This document shows, piece by piece, positions 1 through 9,695 of a DNA stretch of 64,000 nt. The notes beneath the pieces were generated by a model. That model was not told the DNA's origin. It ran no database searches and worked only from the letters and a program-made list of their open reading frames with translations. The DNA is from a virus. The DNA lies in IMG/VR virus record IMGVR_UViG_3300037067_026753; one strand, given 5' to 3'. Position numbers and translations under genes: made by a program. Position 1 is the stretch's first letter, and every line of letters starts with the position of its first letter.

Positions 1-176
1 AAATACACGTACTCTTTGGGGATTCAAGAGCCGAGTATTTGGCGACACACCTTCTCTATAAATATACGCTTGTCTTGCCATAACTTATACTCCTTAGATT
101 AGATTTCCTATTTCTTCATTCTATAAACACTTTATTAAATTGAGCGCCCAGTATTGAGCGCTCAATTTACATCAAC

Positions 177-2894
177 TTAGAAACGAACTCTTATCTGGTA
201 TTCTACATCGACCCAGTTCAATCCCATGATCGGGATATAGAAAGCAGTAACTTTGATGTAATCAGGTTGAACCGAATCTCTAACCGCAGTAACGCCCTTG
301 TAATCAACAATGATTTGTGCATCAACTGCGGACGCTAACATGGATCCTACTGCAGCTCCAACTTCTCCAGGAAGACTTGAAGTCATCTTTCTTCCGATAT
401 AAGGTTCTACAACTCTACGAGTTTCTTGTTGGATGAAGTCTCTGATTGTGATAACCATAACTTCTCTTGTAAGAGCACTTGTCATATTCGTTGTCATTGC
501 ATGACGAATAACCATTGTCGAACTTACCTTCATGATCACCGTCAAACCTCTAACAGCAACCAGGTCCATAGTTGTTTCATCCAGAGAGCGTACAAGCTGT
601 TTGAAACCAAGCAATGTTTTGCGTGTCATCGGTGTTGCAACATCCCATATCGGACTTACATTCAAGCCACAAAGTGCTGCAGCTACAAATGTTCCATCAA
701 CAACATGTTCTGTTACGCTCCCGTCAGCTTCTACCATCTCAATAACAGCACCATCAGGATAGACGCCAATCATACGTTCTGTATTCAAAGCAAGAGCGTA
801 GTTTCCTGCTTCCATAGGCTCTGTACCAACTGCAAAGCCAAAGAAACTGATTCTCTCTCTTCTGTTTCTCTTTGAAGACATACTTGCACAATGTGATGCT
901 GTATAATTTATAACAGCAGCCGATGCTGTAACAGGGAAAACTACAGCTGGATTAATACCATCTACATCCTGTTCAAGTCTCTTTATCACATCCATGTAAG
1001 ACTGATCAGGTGCAAGATCGCTGCCCTCTGCTTTACGAACTTGACAAAGAATAAGAGCAGTTGCTCCATTCAAAAACATCAGATAAGCAGTAAGAACTAA
1101 CGGATTCGATGCGGTAAGATCACCGTACTCTGTCGTAATGTCTTTAAATTTCGTATAAAGAGCACAATCAAAATTGTCTTTTTCATAGTAATACGAAACA
1201 TAATAAACATCACCGACATTTGGCTCTTTACCCGATTTATCGAAAGCAATCAGATCTGTAATATCCCCTGCAGCAACATCCGTTGTGTTATTGACATTCA
1301 AATTCAAACCAGGAATGCTTGTAACCATAAGAACGCTCGTAACAAATATTGCTTCAGCTGTAATATCTATCTGAAGAGTATCACCAGAAGCATAGGCGAC
1401 ATCAGATTCAAGCGTGAAAATTAATCCTGTTTGACTGTCAACGTAAGTTGAATTTGTTATTCCAAAACCAGCGGAACCTCCAACAACATTCGAACTTACA
1501 ACAAAATGTGTATTTGAGGTAAAAGTAAGTGTTACAGTTTCATCAATGGTATAACCCTTAGAAACCGTAGGCCCTGTAAGATAATTTGCTCCAGTAAAAC
1601 TTGGATTTGCAACAGACTCAAGCCCTGGAACTGCAATACCAAGTCTTCCATCTTCAAGTGAAGAAATAGTATATGTCCCTACTCCTACACCACCTGATGT
1701 TGCAACTTCTATGCTATAAGTATCATCTTCCATTCTTGAGCGCCAGTATGTAACTCTAACAGTGCTTCCTACAGCAGGAGGAGTTGCAAGATAAATAGTA
1801 CCTAATTCTCCATTAACTCTTGTAACATCTCCTTCGACTGCTGGACCAACTAAAGGAGTTATTGTTACGGTAACATTTGTAGGATCATTTGTTACAATAT
1901 CACGACCTGTTCCATCGACAATAGGTACGAATCTTACCGTACAAGATGTTTCGATCCCATGAAATTGGCTTGAAACATCTTCATTATAGATTCTGTCGTC
2001 AATCAGAGTTGCTTGGATTTGATTGTCATTGAAAAACTCACTACCTGATGTGTGAACAATTTCTGACAATTTGTAGCCTGTTCCCCATTCAATCTGTTCT
2101 CCAATAATAGCGTAATCGACGTTTTCGACAAAATCTGTTGTCTCGGGAGAAACACCAACTCTAATCATCCTTGTCAAACCAGTGAAAGGAAGATCATCAG
2201 CAGTGTTCAAATGCATATTGTAATAGTAAGTAACAGTAAGAGTTTGTCCAGGTGCCGGTGGCTCTGTCAGAGTAAACTCTCCATTTACACCATCAAGATG
2301 TGAAACTTCAACAATTGCATTATTGACTTTCACTGTAATGTTACTTATTGTCGTAGTCGCTTTTCCGGCATTTGTACCATCAACAATTGGTTTGTGATGA
2401 GTATAAAAAGTCACTGCTGATACTGTAATTTGATCTGAGATGTCTTCATCAACAACTCTTGTGTCAGTCTTTTTATAGAAGTAAGTGCAAGTTACTTCAT
2501 CGGTACTTCTTGGTGCAAGTGCTAGATAAATTCTTCCATTAGCACCTTCAACTTTAGCAACAATTACTTTTGTACCATTGACTTTTACTTCGACATCATT
2601 TGTGTTGTTCGTTACACGGCCAAGTCCATCACCCACAACGATAGGATAATTAAGAACGGTAAAATCACGATTTGTGCCAGTAAAACCTGCTGACACATCT
2701 TCATTGACTTTTCTGTTGTCAAGATTTGGACTCGAACCACGAACAAGTTCATACCCTTCAACTCTTTTAACTTCTTCTGCTGTTCCAACAAGAGCAGGTA
2801 TTCTCTGATTAGCGAGCAAACCCCCGATAGCGGTGTCGAGATTTGTCGATGTGTATACAGCAGGCGGCGCATACCCTGTAAAAGGTCCAGCCAT
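177..2894 (-). CDS. Putative contractile tail sheath protein with large inserted Ig-like domains (905 aa).
   Basis: The C-terminal ~250 aa match conserved sheath patterns: ...RERISFFGFAVG...NYALALN..GVYPDGAVIE..., ...VRGLTVIMK..., and the closing ...GAAVGSMLASAVDAQIIVDY...VTAFYIPIMGLNWVDVEYQI. The central part is Thr/Val-rich beta-sandwich-like. Recognised by eye from memory of the Phage_sheath_1/1C families, not searched. Confidence 0.4.
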   Translation of the reverse strand: MAGPFTGYAPPAVYTSTNLDTAIGGLLANQRIPALVGTAEEVKRVEGYELVRGSSPNLDNRKVNEDVSAGFTGTNRDFTVLNYPIVVGDGLGRVTNNTNDVEVKVNGTKVIVAKVEGANGRIYLALAPRSTDEVTCTYFYKKTDTRVVDEDISDQITVSAVTFYTHHKPIVDGTNAGKATTTISNITVKVNNAIVEVSHLDGVNGEFTLTEPPAPGQTLTVTYYYNMHLNTADDLPFTGLTRMIRVGVSPETTDFVENVDYAIIGEQIEWGTGYKLSEIVHTSGSEFFNDNQIQATLIDDRIYNEDVSSQFHGIETSCTVRFVPIVDGTGRDIVTNDPTNVTVTITPLVGPAVEGDVTRVNGELGTIYLATPPAVGSTVRVTYWRSRMEDDTYSIEVATSGGVGVGTYTISSLEDGRLGIAVPGLESVANPSFTGANYLTGPTVSKGYTIDETVTLTFTSNTHFVVSSNVVGGSAGFGITNSTYVDSQTGLIFTLESDVAYASGDTLQIDITAEAIFVTSVLMVTSIPGLNLNVNNTTDVAAGDITDLIAFDKSGKEPNVGDVYYVSYYYEKDNFDCALYTKFKDITTEYGDLTASNPLVLTAYLMFLNGATALILCQVRKAEGSDLAPDQSYMDVIKRLEQDVDGINPAVVFPVTASAAVINYTASHCASMSSKRNRRERISFFGFAVGTEPMEAGNYALALNTERMIGVYPDGAVIEMVEADGSVTEHVVDGTFVAAALCGLNVSPIWDVATPMTRKTLLGFKQLVRSLDETTMDLVAVRGLTVIMKVSSTMVIRHAMTTNMTSALTREVMVITIRDFIQQETRRVVEPYIGRKMTSSLPGEVGAAVGSMLASAVDAQIIVDYKGVTAVRDSVQPDYIKVTAFYIPIMGLNWVDVEYQIRVRF

Positions 2895-2999
2895 GGTAAA
2901 CTCCTTATGATATAATGTTGATAATCTTAAAACTAGCAGGTAAGTTTAGCTTTTACGCAATTCATCTAAATTCTGTATTTAATAAAACCACTAGAAAGG

Positions 3000-3281
3000 T
3001 TATTTCTGTTCATATTCAATGATTTTTCGATTACACTTACAATTAAAATTTTTATCAGGAATATCATCTTTTTTTGAAAATTTATGTTCTAAGCCACAAT
3101 GACATTTTATGTACATATAAGATTCGACACCATTGGGAACTGGCAAAGAATCTATAAAATCAATTAATTCATTTTTATTAAGCCAGTTTCGATATGTGTT
3201 TGATTCTCGTTTTTGAACAATAGAATTATTGAGCTGAAAAGGATTATTTGATGCTATATAACTAACAATAGACTTTGGCAT
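3000..3281 (-). CDS. Small Cys-containing hypothetical protein (the ORF table lists 3000..3419; a start at 3281 is preferred).
   Basis: An in-frame ATG at 3279..3281 is preceded by GGAG with 7-nt spacing (tggagtttttt-ATG). The longer ORF would overlap the upstream gene (3319..3594) by 100 bp. The C-terminus carries a CHCGLEH...CKCN putative zinc ribbon. Confidence 0.35.
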   Translation of the reverse strand: MPKSIVSYIASNNPFQLNNSIVQKRESNTYRNWLNKNELIDFIDSLPVPNGVESYMYIKCHCGLEHKFSKKDDIPDKNFNCKCNRKIIEYEQK

Positions 3282-3318
3282 AAAAAACTCCAATGGGCGA
3301 GTTCTACTCGCCCACAAA

Positions 3319-3594
3319 TCATGCTGGTGTAGCAAGTTTCTTTTTGGTCTCTTCTTCGATCTGAGCTTTGATAACACGTTCTTTATGTACCATAACAATT
3401 TGCTGAACATTTTGGTCATAAATAAAACTTGCTTTTTCTTTCTTCAAAGTCGCAACAGCTAACTCGGCTTCAGCTATTTTTTTGTCAAATTCTTGAAGTT
3501 TCAAATTGAATGCGGTTCCTGTATCAATCGAAATCTCTTGTTTTTGTTGTTCGGGCTGTTTCGTTTCTTCTTGTTTTGTAAGTTGTTCTGACAT
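3319..3594 (-). CDS. Small coiled-coil, charged hypothetical protein.
   Basis: A 91-aa K/E/Q-rich ORF lying directly downstream of the fiber gene. It may be a fiber assembly or chaperone protein. Confidence 0.35.
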   Translation of the reverse strand: MSEQLTKQEETKQPEQQKQEISIDTGTAFNLKLQEFDKKIAEAELAVATLKKEKASFIYDQNVQQIVMVHKERVIKAQIEEETKKKLATPA

Positions 3595-3638
3595 AGTAAC
3601 TCCTTTTAATTGTTATTTAATCTAAGAGCAAAGCTCTT

Positions 3639-6600
3639 TTAAAGTCTCACTTCAATCAAACCGACATCAGTTGAATCATAAGACTGACGTGCTATTGCAA
3701 ATGAATTTATTGTTTCTTCTATTGTTTTTGCGGCTCTTGCAACACCTGGGTATGGAGATGTGCATGCGCAAAGCGTCAGACGATCTCCTCTTTTAATAGT
3801 TCCAACAACTTTACAAAGCACATGTCCTGTCATAGCAATTCGTTTTGCATTGTATTTTTTCTCAAGATCTTCGATTGACAAATTTTTGAAATCATGCTTT
3901 ACAGTTTCAGGATCAGCATCGCTTACAGCAAAACCACCACAAAAAGTTGCACGGTCTGTAACAATACCATAAGCAATTTTTCCTGTTCCAATTTCGACTT
4001 TCATGTCTTCGTCTGTCGATTGTTGGACAATAGTTCCAACACAATAATTAGCAAGATCACCTGTAACAGCAGCCCATTCAGCAAAGTCGGCAGCAGGAGA
4101 AGAAATTGTTGTTCCTGCATCAGAATAAATTTGTCCATTTGAAGCAATTTCAGCAACAGTAGCATTACTGTTCTTGAATCTAATTGCATGGCCATTTGCA
4201 TCCAAAGACAAATCCTGATATGATTGTATTATTACCGCACCATGTGTCAAACCACTACCAGCTGAAAGCGTTAGGTCAGAACCTGCACCATCACCCTCAA
4301 CAAGCACATAAGCTCCATTTGTTGAACTAGGTGCTCCATGATCTACGCCATGACAAATCTGAATAATTCCTGCATCAGAAGCAAAACTTGCATTGATGTC
4401 CAAAACTTCTGAATAAGAAGTAGCATGGAAATAAGTTCCACTTGAATTAAAATCCAAATTATCAGAAAGAATTGTTCTCCCTTGATGGATAATTGCACCA
4501 CTTGATGTATTCCCAGCACTTATATAAACATTACCACCCGCACCAACACTACCATAATCATTTCCATCACATCTTATATAGCCACCGTAACTAATACTTG
4601 GGAATCGTCCACCAGCTAAAGAAAGATTACCCGCATTAGAAGTACCACTTGGATCAATACCTGATGTTATCGAACTTTCAACTCCATAAAAATTTATTCC
4701 GCTCTGACCATTGAAACCTGCAGGGACTATATTCAAAGCAGCAAAAGTCGCAGGAGTAGACCCTATTGCAACTCCATGAGTATAGAAAGTGAACGTACCA
4801 TCAACTCCAGTATTAATATGCGACTCTCCTGTTGCAGCATCTAATTTTAAAATTCCACTATAGTTACCATTAGTTGCTGTTGCGACCTGCAATATTTGTC
4901 CTGCCGACGTATACATACTTGTATTGGACATACCCCAGAATTGATGCTGAGCACCATCAGTCGTATCAATGTGTATAACATTACCATACATACTAAATGT
5001 GCCATCAACACCGACATCGACGTAAGAACCCCCTGTTGCAGCATTTAATTGCAAAATTCCACTATAATTGCCATTGGTTGTTGTTGCAACTTGTAACACA
5101 TAACCTGATGTTGTATACATACTAGTATTAGGCATGCCCCAGAATTGATGCTGAGGTCCACCAGTAGTATTAAAATTAATTTGAGTAGCATTTAAATCAA
5201 TTTTTTGGTCTACTTCATAACCTTGTACATAAATAGATGAATCTCCACCAATTATGTTTACAGAACCAGTAGAAGCACTTATACTTATACTTGCTGATGA
5301 GTCAGCTGCACCTGGAAAATCAGGTTCCAAAACAAGTACATAGCCTCCAGTTCTAACTCTATCTGTCATTACATTGTCACCAACAAGATAAATGCCTGCG
5401 CCTGTTATAGTATTAAAATATGCTTGACCTTCACAATGGAGTTTATATTGTGGGTCAGTAGTACCAATACCAAAATTTCCACCGTATGCCATTCTAAAAA
5501 GTTCTGTGCTATCGAAAATGAAAGCAAGATCACTAGCTGGCCTGTAAATATCTCCAGTAAGATTAATATTTCCTGCCACATCTAGTTTTTGTAATGGGGA
5601 TGATGAACCGATACCTACTCGATTTGAACTCAAAAATATATTGTCAGAACCACTATCTGTCGAAATTTGCATTCCGTAAGATGGGTCCCAATTAACAATA
5701 CCTTTTCTTGCACCTACATTATCGTAAAAACCTACGCCAGTAATGTTAGAAGGTTCATTACTTTGAATTTTAACAGTTGAATGGCTAGAAGACCAGGGAC
5801 CTATAATGTGTGCTTTTGAATTGTTTGCCGTTGTTGTCCCAACACCAAGGTTTCCAGTAATATTAAAATCACCACCTGCACTCAAATTCCCAGAAAAAGC
5901 TCCTGTTCCTATGACATCAAGAGCACTTGTTGGTGTTGCCGTTCCGATACCAACTCTACCATTGTCAATCAATAATGCATAACCTGTGCCTGCGTTATGC
6001 AATGTCATAACTGTTGCAGAATTTCCAACTTCGGTTTGATTTATTGAAAGAGCAACCTGATTATCATTTTGATTTATTTCTAACATATCTGCTGTTGTTA
6101 CTTCTGTATTGATAACTGTTGTTGTTCCATTGACAGTCAAATTATTGTCAACAAGAACATTTCCACTTACATGTAATGTTGCACTAGGGTTTGTTGTACC
6201 AATACCAACTCTACCAGAATTGACTATTAATGAGGGACCGATACCAGCATTTGTAATTTGAACGACAGCAGTATCATTTACGGCACCTGTTTGACTTACT
6301 ACAAGTCCGTTGTCATTAGCAGCTTGGGTAATTGTAAGTTTTCCAGCAACACCCATATCTGTAAAATTCGAACTTCCATTAATAAACAAATCATTATTGA
6401 TTAGACAACTTCCTTGAACATGAAGGAGTTGAGATGGATTTGTAGTTCCTATGCCAAGTCTTCCTGTTGATGTAAAACAGGCACTTTCACTTCCGTTCGT
6501 ATGAAATCTTATTTTTCTAGCACCTTGAGCAACAAGATCTATTCCCTCAGAACCTGAATCATCATTCCCACTCAAATAACCCAAATATGTTCCTGTTCTA

Positions 6601-7718
6601 TAAAAATCAATTTGAGGGTATGTAGATTCTATTCGTTCATGACCCACAATATGTACAGCCTCTTGAGGATCTGTCGTTCCTACACCAATTCTTCCATTTG
6701 TTTTAAAACGAATTCTCTCGATACCTGGAATCATTTCAGTTTCTGATGTACCATCTAAAAATCTCAAATCATTCGAATAATCTACAATGCTTGCCATGAA
6801 AATCGTACCAATACGATGATTTATATCACCAATATTTTGTCCATCGGCAAGTAAAAGATCTGTTCCTGGACCAAGTTCTACATCTTTAATCGTTGTTCCC
6901 ATACAGTAACTACTAAGAGAATTGATTAAAATTCTATTATCTTCAATCATTGATGTAGTAATATTACTTGAGGTATCACGGGTAATTGTGGCAATCTTTA
7001 CAAACCTGTGATAGATACCATTAGCATCAGGTTCGTCTTCTGGTATTGCAGGAACAACTGGAGTAACACTTTCGACACCTTCCATCACACATATATCTTG
7101 CACCATTCTTACTCTATTTGCCGTAGAAAACCCTATGCCTGGGACAATCAAAGATGTGTCTTTATATTCAGGAGGTTCTGTTCCAATACCTACACCAGTA
7201 GCAGAAACTTCAGCAAAATAGAAATCAATATAAACTACATCAATTCTTGGATTTGTTACAGGGGCATGTAAAGCTGGTGCCGCTGGCCAGGTTTTTGTAT
7301 AACGATCATCAACAAGTGTTCCTGTACTATAACCTTGATTTTTGTATTCAAGATCATTTTTTAAAAACAAAATATAACCATCAACAATTAGAATACCTGC
7401 ACCTTCAACAGTTCCATCACCACCCCTAATCAAAAAGTTATTCACCGTGTCAGTGCTTTGAACAACTTGAAAACCATTATTTAAAGAGTAACACCTGCAA
7501 TTTACATCAACTGGATTTTCTTTTGAAGGGAAGTTTGCCGTAATTAACTGTCGAATATAAGAATCAGAAACTTCTTGTATTTCATCAAGCTCATTTGATG
7601 ATAGAGGTACACCTTTTTGAAAATGCATTCTATAACGTTTTTGAGCCCCTATAGCATTCGGAATTCCATCGGGATTATACATGCTGGGTTCATAATTGCC
7701 TGAATAAGCAACACTCAT
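3639..7718 (-). CDS. Long tail fiber protein (1359 aa).
   Basis: Seven copies of the fiber repeat G(R/N)(V/L)GIGTT(N/D)P....LHV.G, for example RVGIGTTNPSATLHVSG. There is an internal ~65-aa tandem duplication (..QHQFWGM(P/S)NTSMYT..GNYSGIL(Q/K)L(N/D)AATG..). The protein is Gly/Thr/Asn/Ser-rich and has a globular C-terminal domain. Confidence 0.6.
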   Translation of the reverse strand: MSVAYSGNYEPSMYNPDGIPNAIGAQKRYRMHFQKGVPLSSNELDEIQEVSDSYIRQLITANFPSKENPVDVNCRCYSLNNGFQVVQSTDTVNNFLIRGGDGTVEGAGILIVDGYILFLKNDLEYKNQGYSTGTLVDDRYTKTWPAAPALHAPVTNPRIDVVYIDFYFAEVSATGVGIGTEPPEYKDTSLIVPGIGFSTANRVRMVQDICVMEGVESVTPVVPAIPEDEPDANGIYHRFVKIATITRDTSSNITTSMIEDNRILINSLSSYCMGTTIKDVELGPGTDLLLADGQNIGDINHRIGTIFMASIVDYSNDLRFLDGTSETEMIPGIERIRFKTNGRIGVGTTDPQEAVHIVGHERIESTYPQIDFYRTGTYLGYLSGNDDSGSEGIDLVAQGARKIRFHTNGSESACFTSTGRLGIGTTNPSQLLHVQGSCLINNDLFINGSSNFTDMGVAGKLTITQAANDNGLVVSQTGAVNDTAVVQITNAGIGPSLIVNSGRVGIGTTNPSATLHVSGNVLVDNNLTVNGTTTVINTEVTTADMLEINQNDNQVALSINQTEVGNSATVMTLHNAGTGYALLIDNGRVGIGTATPTSALDVIGTGAFSGNLSAGGDFNITGNLGVGTTTANNSKAHIIGPWSSSHSTVKIQSNEPSNITGVGFYDNVGARKGIVNWDPSYGMQISTDSGSDNIFLSSNRVGIGSSSPLQKLDVAGNINLTGDIYRPASDLAFIFDSTELFRMAYGGNFGIGTTDPQYKLHCEGQAYFNTITGAGIYLVGDNVMTDRVRTGGYVLVLEPDFPGAADSSASISISASTGSVNIIGGDSSIYVQGYEVDQKIDLNATQINFNTTGGPQHQFWGMPNTSMYTTSGYVLQVATTTNGNYSGILQLNAATGGSYVDVGVDGTFSMYGNVIHIDTTDGAQHQFWGMSNTSMYTSAGQILQVATATNGNYSGILKLDAATGESHINTGVDGTFTFYTHGVAIGSTPATFAALNIVPAGFNGQSGINFYGVESSITSGIDPSGTSNAGNLSLAGGRFPSISYGGYIRCDGNDYGSVGAGGNVYISAGNTSSGAIIHQGRTILSDNLDFNSSGTYFHATSYSEVLDINASFASDAGIIQICHGVDHGAPSSTNGAYVLVEGDGAGSDLTLSAGSGLTHGAVIIQSYQDLSLDANGHAIRFKNSNATVAEIASNGQIYSDAGTTISSPAADFAEWAAVTGDLANYCVGTIVQQSTDEDMKVEIGTGKIAYGIVTDRATFCGGFAVSDADPETVKHDFKNLSIEDLEKKYNAKRIAMTGHVLCKVVGTIKRGDRLTLCACTSPYPGVARAAKTIEETINSFAIARQSYDSTDVGLIEVRL

Positions 7719-7809
7719 AAATTCTCCCTTTAAAAGAGACCTTTAAGAAATCAAAAACCAGACTTTAATAAAAATTTTAATAAAGAAGAAAATAAAAGGA
7801 GTAGAAAAC

Positions 7810-9039
7810 TTATTCTTGTTGGTATTTACGAGTCACACGTGGCCATGCACTTGGATAAACTTGATAAGCATCCATTGTAGGAACTATTTGCAAACCCTTT
7901 TGATGTCTACTATTCATTTGACGTTCATCATATTGATTTGTTTCATAAGCTTGCTCTTTTAAATAATCAATACCATTCTTAAAACTATCTTCACCGTAAC
8001 CATAATTGATTCTACGAACTGTAGCAATCAAAGGGATATAAATTTCCCAATCTGTTTCGACAGTAAAACTAATTCCGCCCGTGAAATTATATTCTTCAGG
8101 AACTTCCACTTCTAAATCTTCAGCCTCGCCTGACAAGGCAAACTCGCTAATTGCAATTCCTTCGTTTGCTAGGGCATCTTGATAATCTGCCCACAATGAT
8201 GTAACTACATAATCTATAACACGTTCTTGTTGATCAGCATCCTGAGCTACACCAAGAATATCGACATTAAGTATCCAGCGCCCACCAAAAACTTTAGCAG
8301 TTGTAGTATTTTCTTCTTCTACAACAACAACTTGTTCATCTCCAACTTTTAGTCTATCACCAAAAGCAAGCACTACACCTGGGATAGCTGTATTATTAAG
8401 CCCATAATATTCTGCTACAAAAGGGCCTTGTTGAGCAGATCGAACTTGATAATCAATAACAATTGGTTCGTGATCAGTTACTGGATTTGTGAAAAGAATC
8501 TCTCCTGTCTCATAATCTATAGCATAATCAATATCTTTTTTAAACTCGAATTGCCCATGTTCTGAAAAAACAATTTCTGAGCCTGGATTGACAGGTATGT
8601 TTTTTAGAATAGCACCTTGGTGTGTTCTTATAACAACAAGATCTAGTTTTTCATTCGTGCAAGTCAAGTACGGGTCAACAGTAAAACTAAAAACATTTGT
8701 GTTGAGATCATGTTCAGTAATTTTCACAATATAAAAACCTTGAGAAACTAATTTATCAAGGTTTTCTTGATCATCTCTTACCCATTCAATAGAATTACCA
8801 GGAACATCTTTTAGATTTGCTAATGAACAATAACCTCTATGAGTTCCAATAAAATTGTCAAGACCTAATTTTTGAGAAGAACCTGAAACAGATCTTACAA
8901 GAATAGCCGTTTTTGGACGCTCTTCTTGTGGGAATTTTGTATAGACTTTAACTTTTTCAAAAATAGGATGTCTAGCCAAAATATCTTGGAATATTGAAAC
9001 AAATCTTTTTTTGAGCGAATTTGAAATTATATAAAACAT
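7810..9039 (-). CDS. Hypothetical virion or structural protein (409 aa).
   Basis: A long ORF between the fiber gene and the actin-like gene cluster. No recognisable motif. Confidence 0.35.
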   Translation of the reverse strand: MFYIISNSLKKRFVSIFQDILARHPIFEKVKVYTKFPQEERPKTAILVRSVSGSSQKLGLDNFIGTHRGYCSLANLKDVPGNSIEWVRDDQENLDKLVSQGFYIVKITEHDLNTNVFSFTVDPYLTCTNEKLDLVVIRTHQGAILKNIPVNPGSEIVFSEHGQFEFKKDIDYAIDYETGEILFTNPVTDHEPIVIDYQVRSAQQGPFVAEYYGLNNTAIPGVVLAFGDRLKVGDEQVVVVEEENTTTAKVFGGRWILNVDILGVAQDADQQERVIDYVVTSLWADYQDALANEGIAISEFALSGEAEDLEVEVPEEYNFTGGISFTVETDWEIYIPLIATVRRINYGYGEDSFKNGIDYLKEQAYETNQYDERQMNSRHQKGLQIVPTMDAYQVYPSAWPRVTRKYQQE

Positions 9040-9308
9040 TCATTAAACTCGCTTTTTGAAACTTTCATTTTCAAAAATTTCTTGCCTTGTAGTTGAACAA
9101 GTACTTTGTCCCCTTCATCTTTTACTACAACAAATTTATCTTTTTCACCAGAAAGAATCGCACCTGGCTGAACAGTTTTAAATTGTGGCTTAGGCTTAGT
9201 ATTAAGAGATTCTACATATTTCTTATGTTCTTCATCATTCTTAATTTGACGAGCAAGATGGATTTTTAAGTTTTGAAACTCTTTATTGCAAACTGGACAG
9301 AGAGTCAT
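9027..9308 (-). CDS. Small hypothetical protein with an N-terminal CxxC..H..H zinc-binding-like motif.
   Basis: The ORF has good coding periodicity. The motif is CPVCNKEF..KIH....EEH. Confidence 0.3.
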   Translation of the reverse strand: MTLCPVCNKEFQNLKIHLARQIKNDEEHKKYVESLNTKPKPQFKTVQPGAILSGEKDKFVVVKDEGDKVLVQLQGKKFLKMKVSKSEFNECFI

Positions 9309-9320
9309 TGCTTTCTCTCC

Positions 9321-9683
9321 TTATTGTTCGTTATTATCTAACACAAATCTATTAATTGCAAAAACACCTACATCTTCACCTGTATCTTCTTGAACACAAA
9401 GATACCCTGGCATTGATGCATCAGACACTATATAACGACGCCCTTTAAAAAGGGGACCAAAATTATCTACACAAATAACAATATCACCCCCGTTAATGAG
9501 TTTTGCTTCTTTTTCTTGAGCAGCTTTTTTCTCGACAGTATCAACAATAGAATCAAGTTCTTCATCACTTAATATAGATGCAACTTGTTTTGCAATTCTA
9601 TCAAGATCTTCAGACATTGCTGGATTAATCTGCTTTGTCTGAGAAGCTACTTTTGTCAAATTACCTACCATTGTCTGTTTCAT
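9321..9683 (-). CDS. Hypothetical protein (120 aa), immediately downstream of the actin-like gene.
   Basis: ORF only. Its size and position would suit a partner or adaptor of the actin-like protein, but this is speculative. Confidence 0.3.
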   Translation of the reverse strand: MKQTMVGNLTKVASQTKQINPAMSEDLDRIAKQVASILSDEELDSIVDTVEKKAAQEKEAKLINGGDIVICVDNFGPLFKGRRYIVSDASMPGYLCVQEDTGEDVGVFAINRFVLDNNEQ

Positions 9684-9695
9684 ATTCTCTCTCCT

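Noticed and set aside
426-875. Plus-strand ORFs overlapping the sheath and fiber genes (426..875, 532..762, 3760..4142, 7008..7429).
   Set aside because: They lie fully inside longer, motif-supported minus-strand genes. Their translations are Cys/His/Ser-rich and atypical.
3595-3638. Small hairpin agagc-aaa-gctct between the fiber gene and the 91-aa gene.
   Set aside because: A 5-bp stem with its T-run on the wrong strand for the minus-strand genes. This is weak.
3639-4100. Possible S74-type intramolecular chaperone/autoprotease at the C-terminus of the 1359-aa fiber.
   Set aside because: I could not find the conserved Ser-Asp...Lys cleavage motif. The similarity was only a general impression.
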